64,000 nt of DNA from Phyllosticta citribraziliensis (taxonomy: Eukaryota): the NCBI RefSeq assembly GCF_038025025.1, contig NW_027117344.1, forward strand, positions 1,860,001 through 1,924,000, written 5' to 3'. This document shows, in pieces, positions 48,124 through 59,904 of this stretch. Within the stretch, counting starts at the first letter, position 1. The number at the start of each line of letters is the position of its first letter. The position numbers and the translations under genes are program-made. Below the pieces are notes generated by a model that was given only the letters and a program-made list of their open reading frames with translations, was not told the origin of the DNA and made no database searches.

Positions 48124-49803
48124 CTACTGTCCGCCAACTTGCTTCAGAATTCCAGCAAGGTTGATGCTCTTCGGTCGCTCAATAGGAAGACCCAGCGCGC
48201 GGTCCCAGACGAGTTGTGCAAGGGGCCCAAGTCCACGGCTGACGCCAAAGGTCGCCGTGTAGTACAGAGTCTCTTTGAAACCATAGTAGTGGAAGAGAAC
48301 ACCAGAGGAGGAGTCGACGTTGGGGAAGGGGTTTTTGGTCTGTTAAGGAAAGATCGTCAGTCTCAGGTCAAACTCAATAATATGGCCAGATCGCTCAGGA
48401 TACAATCCAGCTTGAATCGGCTTACCTTTCCATGCTCATTCAGGACATCGGGAGCAACTTCAGAATTAATCTTTACGAGCTGGAAGACGGGATCACTGGC
48501 AATTTCTGGACGTGCTGAAGCAAAGTCCATCAGTGCTTGAAAGCGCGGGTCGGGCTTTCGAAGTACGGCGTGTCCATAGCCAGGAATGACACGTCCAGAC
48601 TTGAGTGTAGTCCAAAGATAGTCTTTGACGTCTGCAGGCTTGAAGTTTGAGGGAATCGACTCCTTCATCTGAAGGATCCAACGAAGGACTTCTTGCGCCG
48701 CGAGTCCGTGAAGTGGTCCCGCCAGGCCTTGAAGCCCAGCACTGTAGCTCAAGAATGGATCGCTCAGTGCGCTTCCAACCAAGTGTGTTGCGTGTGCAGA
48801 GACATTGCCGCCTTCGTGGTCACCGTGTAGGGCGAGGTAAAGCCTGAGCAAGTCCTGGAAACCCTCATTCTCCTTTCCACCTTTGCCCAACATGGCTGCA
48901 AAATTGTATGACCAATCTTGGTTCAAATCAACCTTGGCAGGCAATGCACCTCCGCCGCGGTAGGCGTTTTGATAAATCTTGGCAGCAATGGTGGGCAGTT
49001 TGGCGAGCAAAGAGATAGAGTCATCAAAAGTGGGCTCCCAGTAGTCGGCCTTGTTCAATCCCTTTTCGTACAATTTGGCAAACTTGGACTCGTAGTTCAA
49101 TGCGGAGACTGCACAAGCAAACTGCGTCATGGGATGCAAGTCTTTGGGGAAGTCATCCAGCATCTTTTCCACGAACTTGGGGATTGATGCCTTCTCAGCG
49201 AGTTCGCGGGAAAGCTGTCGCACCTGAGCTGTCGATGGAACTTCGCCGGTGATGAGAAGCCAAAACATGGCCTCGGGTAACATTTCTGTGCCGCTGGTAC
49301 CCTTGGGCAGCTCTTTCTGGCAGTCTTTGATGGTGCGCCCATGAAAACGGATGCCCTCGTTGGGATCTAGGACAGAGCCTTCCCAGACCATAGCCTTCAA
49401 ACCCCTATATTCTCTTAGCCTCCTTTTGTGTGGCCAGATACCGAAAAGCATACCTCATACCACCAAGTGTGTTTTCCACCTTGACATCGCCGAGTTTCTT
49501 GTCTGCATGAGCTTTGACTTGCTTCAACAGCTCTCGCTTCTCGGGAATGACTCTCTTGAGTGTGCTCTTGAGATCTGGTTCGGAAGAGGAGGCATAGCCG
49601 CGCGTTTGGTGGATGGCTTGGACTACAGGTGGAGTGAGCGAAGCGGGATGCGGCACAGGAAGAGAGGATAGTACCAGTGTGGATTGGCTGAAGCACTGAC
49701 GGCTGTTGAAATGTTAGATAAACTCGTCGGTGTTCACATAGCTCCAGAAACTTACTCTGAGGCTCCTGAGAGTCCTGGAGGCTACACGCGCTTTCAATGC
49801 CAT
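48124..49803 (-). CDS. mcsA: 2-methylcitrate synthase (citrate synthase family), mitochondrial, multi-exon
   Basis: Arg-rich mitochondrial presequence, [51 protein letters not shown]. Divergent pairing with the methylisocitrate lyase supports the methylcitrate assignment. Confidence 0.88.
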
Positions 49804-50024
49804 CGTGGAGACAATGGACCGTAGCTCCTTGTGCCAAGAACAAGGTAGAGGAGCTCTATTTGGGTATTTGGAGCTTGAATTTGTAAAGATCAAAGGACGG
49901 GATGAAAAGACGAAGCTGTGATGTAGATCCTCGCAAAGTTTGGAGTTTGTAGAGCACCGTGCGGTGTGGTTGGGAGCGAGGGGGAGGAGTTGGAGCTGAG
50001 CTCCCCCACACGCACGCCCAGGAC

Positions 50025-50143
50025 CCTCGGTCCAGCCAGCGTCAGAGCCCCAACCGTGAGTCGCCCCTCGGCCCGCTACCCCGGCCTCCCCAGAATCCAC
50101 CCACCTCACGTCACGTCGTCCCACCGTCACTAAACATCCTCGG
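50025..50143 (+). promoter_or_regulatory. Three CCTCGG (FarA/FarB-type) sites at 50025, 50066 and 50138 in the mcs/mcl divergent promoter
   Basis: Three exact hexamers in the same orientation within ~120 bp. Confidence 0.6.
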
Positions 50144-50312
50144 CATTCTTTGGTTCCTTTCGCCCTTTGAACCATAGTCTGGTCCCGCCGTCTACGCCGC
50201 GAAACGTCCAGGGCCCAATTCAATTCCCGACCGACAGCAGCCGCTCAAGACTGGCGCGGTGGACCCTCAATTCGCAGGGTAACCTGATCCAGCATCCCGG
50301 CCGGTTCTCAAC

Positions 50313-52241
50313 ATGCTTCGCGGCGCTTCCCGCACTCTGTCGAGACAGACTCGCCAGATTCCTCGCGCTCGATCTGGAGCAGTCCTTCGTCCATTTTCGT
50401 CCTCTGCATACCGCATGACTTCTGCCCTTCCTCCCGTCTCGCCACCAGTCTCGACCGCATTGCCCTCCGACTCGTTCCAGCTTCTTTCCGAGACAGACAA
50501 GCAAGGCCCCATTGAAGATGCCCTTTTCGATGCACAGGTGCAGCAGGTCGAGCAATGGTGGGCATCTCCACGGTACGAGGGCATCAAGAGACCATATTCG
50601 GCCGAAGATGTGGTCAGCAAGAGGGGAGCTCTTCAGCAAACCTACCCAAGCTCGTTGATGGCCAGGAAACTGTTCAACTTGCTCGAAAAGCGCATAGCAG
50701 ATGAAGAGCCAGTTCACACAAGTGCGTGTCCCGCGCCCGAGGCAGACATTCGGCATCCCTAGCGATACAAACTTGGCTAATATTACTGGAATCTTCACAG
50801 TGGGCGCAATTGATCCAGTGCAAATGACCCAACAAGCACCGAACCAAGAAATTCTCTACGTGTCTGGCTGGGCCTGCTCCTCCGTCCTTACCACCACAAA
50901 CGAAGTGTCTGCTGATTTCGGCGACTACCCATACAACACCGTGCCAAACCAAGTCCAGCGTCTTTTCAAAGCACAACAGCTCCATGACCGCAAGCACTGG
51001 GATACTCGTCGGAAGCTGAGCCCAGAAGAGCGCGCCAAAACTCCATACGTCGATTACATGCGCCCAATCGTTGCTGACGGCGACACGGGCCACGGCGGCC
51101 TCAGTGCTGTCATGAAGCTTGCGAAGCTGTTTGCTGAGAACGGAGCCGCTGCCGTGCACTTTGAAGATCAACTTCACGGCGGTAAGAAATGCGGGCATCT
51201 CGCAGGCAAAGTTCTCGTTCCCATCGGCGAGCATATCAACCGCCTCGTCGCCGCTCGTTTCCAATGGGACATTATGGGCAGCGAAAACTTGGTCATTGCA
51301 CGGACAGATTCAGAAAGCGGCAAGCTGCTGAGCAGCGCCATTGATGTGCGAGACCACGAGTTCATCTTGGGTGTGGCCGACGATGTCGAGCCCCTGGCCG
51401 AAACTCTGCAAGAAATGGAGCTCAAGGGAGCCAGTGGCGCTGAGATTGATGTCTTTGAGGCAAAATGGGTCAAGCAGCACAAACTGTGCACATTTGACGA
51501 AGCCGTCAAGGCACATCTCGAGTCTGAAGGTGCTTCAAAACAGACCATCCTCTCATACATCGCCGAAGTGAAAAAAGACCCCAACCTCTCGCTCAGCAAG
51601 CGCCGCGCTCTCGCCTCGGGTCACAGCAAGACTCCAGTCTTTTGGTCTGAGAACATTCCCCGCACGCGCGAGGGATATTACCACTACCGCGCTGGACTGC
51701 CCGCCGCGACCAAGCGCGCCGTTGAATTCTCACCGTATGCCGACCTGCTTTGGCTCGAGACCAAGGAGCCTAGCGTCAAGCTGGCAGCGCATTTTGCCGG
51801 CGAGATTCATGCCAAAACGACTCCGAACAAGAAGCTCGTCTACAACCTGAGCCCCAGCTTCAACTGGATGGCGCACGGCTTCTCGGAAGAGTCGCTCAAG
51901 AGCTTCATTTGGGACTTAGCGCGCCACGGCTTCGTGCTGCAGCTGATTTCGCTCGCAGGCCTGCACAGCACAGCCACCATCACGAATGAGTTGAGCAAGG
52001 CGTTCAAGGAGGATGGCATGCTGGCGTACGTCAACTTGGTGCAGAAGAGGGAGAAGGAGACGGGCTGCGACGTCTTGACGCATCAGAAGTGGAGCGGCGC
52101 GAGCTATGTTGATGGCATGCTTGGTGCAGTCCAGAGCGGCAGTTCGGGTAGCAAGAGCATGGGCGAGGGAAATACTGAAACCAGTGAGTACCATTTTCCA
52201 TCCGTTCAAGGTTCAATCACTCACAATGACTAGACTTTTGA
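50313..52241 (+). CDS. mclA: 2-methylisocitrate lyase, mitochondrial (ICL family). Introns ~50722-50800 and 52184-52233
   Basis: [18 protein letters not shown] and QLISLAGLH (L/S where glyoxylate-cycle ICLs have QFITLAG). N-terminal mitochondrial presequence. Confidence 0.9.
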
Positions 52242-52820
52242 GATATTACGTAAGGTGGAGGCAGACATTCCCAATCTCATCTTTGTTGGTAGCTCAAGAA
52301 GCAAACAATTCACCTCATGCCAATGTCAAATCAAGACATGCTCGTGTTTCCCGTCTATGTATATTTGGAATGATTGTTTTCGACGTACAGAGAATGTGGA
52401 AGATACAAGATGTGAGCGAATGGAGCTGATATCTGCCATACTCTCTCGATCAGAACTTGTAAGTGAAATGGTTCTCAGGGGCGTATTTGCAGTGGAAAGT
52501 TTCTGAATCACGATGGAATATGTGTCTCATAGAGTCTATAGAGAAATCTTTAGAAACTGTACAAGACTAAATGGACACAATCACGAATCCCTAGGGTCAA
52601 AAACATTTGATTGTCATTGTTGCATTACTCATTTCATTTTCGGCATGATTCCTCCCAAGTTGATATTTCCTAGGGCTTTCAGATTTTGGAGCTACTGGAG
52701 CTGCTCCTGATGCTGACCAAGTTAGCATTCCATCCAATATTGATAACTAACGCCGAGTAAGAGGACTCATCTCCGTACCATTTTCGGCTACTCGGTCTGC
52801 CAGAGTAACAAAACAACCGC

Positions 52821-53824
52821 TTACAGGTTCTCGTGGAAGAATTCCAGGACAGTCTTGTAGCCACGGGTGTACTCGTGCTTCACGCGGTCGTCGCTGAGGT
52901 CGGAGCTGCAACAGCGGTCAGCTTTCGTCAGTGAGTGGTCAGTCATGTTCTCACCGAGCAGCCATGAAGCCGTGGATCTGGTCGTTGAAGAACTCGACCT
53001 TGTTCTTGACCTTGAGACCATCCTGCCACTGCTTGACGGCATCCTTGTCCTCGTCCTTGGAAGGCAGCATGGCGATGGGGATCGTGATGTTGGGGGCATC
53101 CTTGGGGTCAACCATGGCCGGGTGAGCGGCGGCGGCGACCTTGAATTTGGAGCCAGAGGTGGAGACCAAGTTGACAATCTGGTGCGGTCAGCATGTGCGT
53201 CCCCAAAAGCAAAAAGATCATGTGTACCTTGCCGCCCCAGCAGAATCCCAGAATGGCCCAAGACTCAAAGCCCTGCACCTTGCTGTTGATTTCCTCGACG
53301 ACCTTGGGGACGCGCGCTGCCGTCTTGGCTGGCGCAGCGGGGCCCCCGAAGAAGTCGCCGAGCTTCTTCTTCTTCTCGTCATTGTCAGGTGGGTACCAAG
53401 AGATGTCGGCGGGGTTGCCCTCGAACCAGTCGGGCATGAAGACTTGGTATTTGCGGTGCTCGTCGGACTGGGCGAGAATGTCGGCGCCTTGGAGAGTCTG
53501 GGGGAAGAAGCCGAAAATGTCGTAGATGACCAAGATGGCATGCTTAGCGTCCGAAGGACCGGTGTGGTCTGGGAAATATCAGTTTGGAAGGTCGGTTTGT
53601 GAGTGCGGGGTAGTCACTGCTTGGATGCCGTGACTTGCAACAGCAATTGAGGTTGGCAGGAGGTCGTACATGTCTTCAAGCCATCAATGGTGATGTATTG
53701 GCCTTTGGCCTTGTAGTCATGGCTGACAATGGGCGGAATAGAGCAGCCTTGAAGATGTCAGCATTCGACGACCATGGTGGGGAGCGGGGTAGAGCTCACA
53801 AGCAGCAGAGTGTTGAGAAGCCAT
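52821..53824 (-). CDS. Dienelactone hydrolase family protein, multi-exon
   Basis: MASQHSAACCSIPP, YDIFGF, nucleophile elbow GFCWGGK, AHPAMVD, HGFMAAR. Confidence 0.9.
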
Positions 53825-54381
53825 TGCGCGCGAGAATCTGGTTTGGATGGGTAGAGGCTCGAATGGAAGTCTGGTGTAGCAGATGGGAGGTCTGAATTGA
53901 AGCGACTGGCGAAGAAGGCGGGAAGAGGTGTTGATGAGAGGGCGCATTTTCAAGGTCGGATATGCAGCTAGATGGGGTTCTGGGAGCTACCATCCATCTG
54001 AGGAAGGCCCCGCAATCCCGTGACGTCACGAAAGTTCCCGTCGGTCCAGTAAGGTGGTACCTTACTGTAACGCCAAGTTGACATATGATAACACTCCGGG
54101 CAAATGGGGTCGTTGAGGCCCGAGTCAAGACAGTGTGCAGCATTCTGGTCAATGGTGGGAACAGAAGAATCCAGGGCTGTTCAAGCCTTATTATTCGTTA
54201 GAGCTAGGAAGTCTCCTTTATCCATTTCTTTTTTGGATAGCAGCGTCATCGGGACTATGAACTGGTACACAAGTGGTAGTGGTGTTGACCGGCCACGACT
54301 TCACCTCGGCGCCTCGAGTCAGACGCTACCAAAGACCCCCGGCCACTGAATCAACCCTTCGACCCGCCAGCAACCATCACC

Positions 54382-55170
54382 ATGTCATCAAGCACGCGCG
54401 AAGCGGCAACAAGGGCCAGCATCTTCGCTGCGTTTCCGACGCGATCCTTCTCCACCAGCTGCCGAAGCCCCGTTCCGCACCATGTCAAGGTCCAAAGGCA
54501 AGCTCGCCCTCCGCAACCGCCCGATTCAGACGCGCTCAAAAACCGCTCAACGCCAGAAAAGACCTCTCCAATTTGGAAGGTTCCTCCATTCCACTTTGCT
54601 AGCGTCAACAATCCAAGCGGGACGAGATTGAAAGCTTCTCCCTCATACGAGCGTGGCAAAATGCCAACCTTCTTTCACAACTATTACGCTCCGGTATACA
54701 AGTTGGGCTTTGTCGGGAACGAGATTCTGATGAACTCGGAACATCCACTGCATATCCGGTTGAGGAGGAAGTACGATGCTACAGAAAAGGGTTGTCTCTG
54801 GTGGTCAGCAACCATGTTTGTGAAAACCTCGCCCAAGCGCTTCATCAGAGACGAGATGAACCGTCGGCTGAGGGCGGCATTCAGAGCAGCACTGGCGGAG
54901 CGAGGCTTGGACGAACGCGGTCGGAAGGTCGTGAATGGCAAGGCTGAATCGCTGGGAGCTATTAGAGGCACATTTGACTTGGTTGGGAAACCCGAAATGT
55001 TCAGAGCGAAGCCGGAAGATCTGAAGAAGGAAGCCTTGTGGGCAGTGGATGCGCTGCTTCGCATGTTTGGGCACCAGAAGAATAAGGAGGAACATGGGAG
55101 AGGGCACGCGAGTCGGCCGCCGGCCAAGGGCCAGTTCAAGCCTCGTCAAAGCCATAGGCGAAATCCATAA
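54382..55170 (+). CDS. Basic hypothetical protein, probably mitochondrial, with an RnpA-like (RNase P protein) motif
   Basis: 262-aa ORF with an R/S-rich N-terminus (RSFSTS). KTSPKRFIRDEMNRRLRAAFRAAL resembles the RNR helix of bacterial RnpA. Confidence 0.65.
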   Translation: MSSSTREAATRASIFAAFPTRSFSTSCRSPVPHHVKVQRQARPPQPPDSDALKNRSTPEKTSPIWKVPPFHFASVNNPSGTRLKASPSYERGKMPTFFHNYYAPVYKLGFVGNEILMNSEHPLHIRLRRKYDATEKGCLWWSATMFVKTSPKRFIRDEMNRRLRAAFRAALAERGLDERGRKVVNGKAESLGAIRGTFDLVGKPEMFRAKPEDLKKEALWAVDALLRMFGHQKNKEEHGRGHASRPPAKGQFKPRQSHRRNP

Positions 55171-55559
55171 TGTGCACTCAAACAGATGAGATGGGCCGAA
55201 GGTTAGGATGCAGTGCTTAGTAACGGTCGCTCGGGATGGCAGGGAAGTGCGGCGGGTAACTGGCCACTTGACTTGCAACTCACAACCACCGTCCGACGCA
55301 ACTGGAGAGGCGGTGCCAAAGGACGCGCAACCCTCACAAACATTGCCATATTCATACCCCGACACGCCGCCTTCGACTGCACTTGGCGGGCTGTGCCCCT
55401 GCGTCGGATACTGACGCCTGCGGAACCCCGAACAGCCCCGACGGGAGTCGCCTACGCCCCTCTCTCCTGCTGATGACGCAGGTCCTCGAATTACCACCTA
55501 CATCGCAACGCTGCCCAACCACCGGCTCTTCGCATCGGCTCTCCTGAGCGCTTTCCACG

Positions 55560-57645
55560 ATGCCCTCCATCCTGTCCGACGAGGACAAGCAAACGGTCAA
55601 GCGGACGGTTCCAAAGGCCTCCAACAAGATCCACGCCGTTGCTGTCGCGAAGCTCTACATTGCCTATCCAAACAGGCAACGATGGACCTACACGGGCTTG
55701 CAGGGCGCCGCTGTGCTCGCCAACGACTTGGTCGGAAACACCTTTTGGATCAAGCTTGTAGACATATCGGTGAGCCGTCAGCTCCATTCTGGCTTCAGGG
55801 ACAGCCGCTAACTCGTGTCTAGCCACTGAACAGAGGCGTGATATGGGACCAAGAGATCTACGACACTTTTCAGTACAATCAAGACCGCACCTTCTTCCAC
55901 ACCTTTGAGCTCGAGGAGTGCATGGCGGGCCTATCATTCGCCGACGAGAAGGAGGCCAAACAATTCAAGAAGAAGATGGACGAGCGTGAGAAGAATGCCC
56001 ACAAGAATACCAAGAACAAGCCTTTTGCTCTGGCCGCTGGCAGCTCCATGGCCCCGGCTACCAATGGCAAGGACCACGGTCATGGTTTACTCGGCAGCAT
56101 TACCGGCAGCCTGTTTGGCCACAAGCACTCGCACCAGCAGCCGGCCAGCCAGTCCATCATTCCACCCAAAGACATGAACATTCATTCTCCCGCGGCTACG
56201 AGCCAATCGAGTCCAAACCAGAGCGGCCGCAACTCTGCAATCGATACCGCAGACCCGTCTTGGCAGCCGCTGCTCCAGGAGCTTCTCGAAATGGGCATCA
56301 CCGAAGAGCAGATTGAAGAGAATGCCGACTTTATCAAAATGTATATTGAGCAAAAGAAGGCTGGCGCGGCTGCGGAGCAAGAGCGCAAGTCCAGGGTTCC
56401 CCCGCCACCACCACCTGGAGCGCCCCCAGCTGGCAAATTGAGCCCTCAGAACACGGGCAGCACTGCTGCTTCACGAAGAGGCCCTCCTCCTGCTCCGCCG
56501 CCAGCTCGCAGGCGCGGTGCGGCTCCCAGCATGCGACATTCGTCTCCATCCCCTCCGCCCGCGCCATCGCCTCCTCAGCCCAGATTCAAGGCTCCTCCGC
56601 CAATCGCGGATGCTGGCAAATTCGCAAACAGCGCTCCTCCCCCTCCCGCAAGAGCTCGCGCTTCTTCCAACGCTGCGGCGCCCCCAGGCCCTCCCCCGCC
56701 GCCCCGTCCTCCCAAGTCACCAAGTCAAGACGAAACAGAACACAGGTTCGGCGTCCCGCCCCCCTTTACTGGCCAGCGCTCCGTGTCAAACCCTGTCCCA
56801 CCACCTCCGCCAGCTCGCGGGCCCGTCCCTCAGCCTCCGCCGCGCGAGACCCCAGCTATTCCGCCGCCTCCGCCGCGCGAAACCCCAACTCCATCTCTTC
56901 CGCCACCACTTCCTCCAAAAACGCCAGAAGTGCCGCCATCTGCAATCCCGCCGCCGCCGCCGCCGCCCCAGACGAGCGGAACTCCTCCAGCTCCTCCCCC
57001 ATTGCCCCCATCTGCATCTCGTCCTGTGCCAGTCCCACCAACGTCGAATCTACCACCTCCGCCGGCGCCTCCGCCACCACCAATCCCGCCGAGCAATGTA
57101 TCTTCACCACCGCCAGCGCCTCCAATGCCGCCACCCGCGCCGTCTCAAGCTGCTCCTCCGCCCCCGCCGCTTCCACCATCGACGCCATCTGCAGCTGCTC
57201 CGCCGCCCCCTCCGCCCCCGCCAATGCCACCAAATACTGGCGCTCCTCCGCCTCCGCCAATGCCATCGAACACTGGCGCTCCTCCAGCTCCTCCCCCGCC
57301 GCCCGGGGGCCCACCAGCGCCTGCGGCACCAAAACTGCCTTCTGGCGGTGGTGGCAGGGACAACCTCTTGGCGGATATCCGTGGCGGTGCGAGGCTCAAA
57401 AAGGTTTCCGATTCCGAAAAGAAAGATCGAAGCGCGGCATTGGTGCCCGGCGAAAAGGCTGCGGGTGCTTCTCCTGGCGGCGGCACTCCAACAGGAGGCG
57501 CGGACGGTGGATTGGCTGGAGCCTTGGCGAGTGCTTTGGCTGCGAGGAAAAGCAAAGTTAGCCACTCTGGTAAGCACTTTTTTGTTTCGGTCAGGTTCTT
57601 CATTGGCTAATTTTGATAGATGACGAGGATGACGACGATTGGTGA
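55560..57645 (+). CDS. LAS17: WASP homologue (Las17/Wsp1). Exons 55560-55769, ~55822-57569, 57620-57645
   Basis: WH1 domain (AVAKLYIAYP, IWDQEIY, FFHTFE), long polyproline region, WH2 (RDNLLADIRGGARLKKV), central helix and acidic DDEDDDDW terminus. Confidence 0.95.
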
Positions 57646-57928
57646 AAGAATCGCGCCTGGTTTAGATGCCAACACTTCCAGTGGATTCAACTGGGACTGT
57701 TTTGGTCCGCAAAATGACGAGCGCATCAATCTTTGCAAAAGATCTCTGGTGGAGTTCAAAAGGTGCTGGGTTCTAAAGACGGACAGGCTGTGGCAGGTGC
57801 TCTGATCAGCGTTAGCTGAGAGTCGACATTCCATTGTGAGAGCAACGTGCGCGGCTCCGAAGGTCTACGATCGCTCTTACCGACGTTATTCCACTTTAGA
57901 CTGACAGCGTCAATACAAAACTTTCTCT

Positions 57929-58153
57929 CCATTTCCAGCGGACTTTGTTGGGTGGACATTGTCTGACAGTCAAATCTCCAATTTGAGCTTCAACAGTGGT
58001 TCGGCGATGCAAAATGGGTCAACCACACCACATTTCAATTATCCATTTTCAGCGGACTTTTCTGAATGGCCATCGTTAGTCTCTGACAGTCAAATCCTCA
58101 ATTTGAGCTTCAACATTGGTCCAGCGATATCAACCACAACCACAATTCAAATT
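57929..58153. repeat. Degenerate tandem duplication, two ~112-bp units (57929-58042, 58043-58153)
   Basis: Blocks CCATTTxCAGCGGACTTT, TCTGACAGTCAAATC, CAATTTGAGCTTCAACA and TCAACCACA recur in the same order. Confidence 0.85.
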
Positions 58154-58309
58154 CACTGCTGTGTATAAAAATCAAAGATTCCCCGCCGCCATGTCCTACA
58201 TCCTCTCATCGACTCTTCCTCTTGTCCTCAGTCATCCTCTTGCTCTCAGTTGTCCTCCTGTTCTCAACTGTTGCACAAGTCGTCAAATTTACCCTTCACA
58301 AAGGCAACC

Positions 58310-59494
58310 ATGCAGCCAAAGTCTACCCCTAAGCCCTCAACGTTAGGAGGCCAGTGCGATTACCAAAAGTTGATGAATGGTCTCCGCGACGCTTCTCCGG
58401 TCAAGAAGACGCTCTTTGGCCTGCCCGTGGACTTGATACTGTCCATCGCCGACTTCCTTCCCAAGGAGGGCCAGGCTTGTCTCGCACTCACCTGCCACGG
58501 CGCAAGAGACATTTTCAGAGAGAGAAAACTCAAGCTCACCAAGCGTGACACGCACAGGTTTCTCCAGGTGTTGCAGAGGGAGCATCCCACCGAAATCATC
58601 TGCCAGCATCGGTTGCAGCTGGTCGACCGCTGCCATGACCCAAAGGCGGACCCCGGCGACCTTGCCGCTGTAGCGGAGCTCCAAACGGCATATCTTACCC
58701 GAAACTCGCACCCAGATCGGCAACGGTGCAAGCTCGAGGCCTGTGTTCCGATTCCCTCGATCCGGCGGCCCATATTCATCCTGACCAGCGAGCACATCCA
58801 GAGGGTCATGCTGCAGCATCGGCTGGGCCCTGACTACGGCAGCTCACTGGATAGCTTGTCCCACAGCAGCCAACTGACAACGAGCGGAATATGGGCTCCA
58901 AAATTCACATGCGACACCAGCCTCCGCTTCCGCATCATAGACGACAAGCTGTACATGCACGGAAAGTACGCGTTCAAAGGCGGAAACCTCATGCGCTCGT
59001 TGACGCTCACGGGCCACCATTTCGACATCTGCCCGCACCTGTTCCTCGACCACAACCGCCGGCCATACACTGGCGGCCAACGACGCGTGCCCGTCCGCCT
59101 GCCTGGCCGCAGATGCCGCTTCTACAACTCCTACTGCAGATGCGCGGCCAACGGCGGCGCGTTCGACCCGTTCTGGACCACCGGCCTCCGCTCCCAGCTC
59201 GCCCGTGTAGTCACCCTGTTCATAGCCCCGCCCAAGCCCTGCCCATTCTGCGCCACCGACGTCGCGCTCAGCTTCGACGACAGCTTCTACGACATGCAGG
59301 GGCCGCAGACGCTCGCGGTTGACTTTTGGCGCTGTCTGGGCGACGGCGGCTTGGATTTGGACAATCTTTGGCTCAGGGGCGCGTTGAGTGGGCTGAATGA
59401 GAATGGTCAAGCCGCGACTGCTTTCGAAGGTATGCCGCACTTCACTATGACGAAAACCTTTGGTCGATTTGTTAGGGCAGAAAACGCGATGTAA
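58310..59494 (+). CDS. F-box-like protein
   Basis: LFGLPVDLILSIADFLPKEGQACLALTC (F-box pattern). C-terminal ICPH and CPFCATD...VDFWRCLG pattern seen in fungal F-box proteins. Confidence 0.78.
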   Translation: MQPKSTPKPSTLGGQCDYQKLMNGLRDASPVKKTLFGLPVDLILSIADFLPKEGQACLALTCHGARDIFRERKLKLTKRDTHRFLQVLQREHPTEIICQHRLQLVDRCHDPKADPGDLAAVAELQTAYLTRNSHPDRQRCKLEACVPIPSIRRPIFILTSEHIQRVMLQHRLGPDYGSSLDSLSHSSQLTTSGIWAPKFTCDTSLRFRIIDDKLYMHGKYAFKGGNLMRSLTLTGHHFDICPHLFLDHNRRPYTGGQRRVPVRLPGRRCRFYNSYCRCAANGGAFDPFWTTGLRSQLARVVTLFIAPPKPCPFCATDVALSFDDSFYDMQGPQTLAVDFWRCLGDGGLDLDNLWLRGALSGLNENGQAATAFEGMPHFTMTKTFGRFVRAENAM

Positions 59495-59904
59495 GAAATT
59501 GGGGAATTTCTGGCTTTGGGGGACTTCGCCTGCCCTGCGTGAGTGCCCGGGCAGTCTTCATGGGCCGCAAAGGAGGAACTGGGTGAATGTGGAAATGGAA
59601 ATACAAGGGAACCAAGGCAAGAAAATGCCTTAGACAGATAGACAGCTCGAATATAGACCATGTTACAAACATCAACGAAATCGTCTCTTGGTGCACTCCG
59701 CGAGTTTCAAGCAGACTGCATAATCTCTACCGTCGATGTGCCGCAGCTATGAATCTTCAAAGCAGGATGGCTGAATGTGCGCAGCCAAGGTAAGGTGTAA
59801 ATTCCCCCTGAATCGATCCGTCCGAGTACCATATGATGAATGCTTCCGGGTCGCAAGCGACAACACCGCACTCTGAAAACGCCACAGGATGATCCGAGTC
59901 GACG

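Noticed and set aside
56517..57623. Long Arg-rich (+) and Gly-rich (-) alternative ORFs
   Set aside because: Frame and antisense shadows of the WASP polyproline region.
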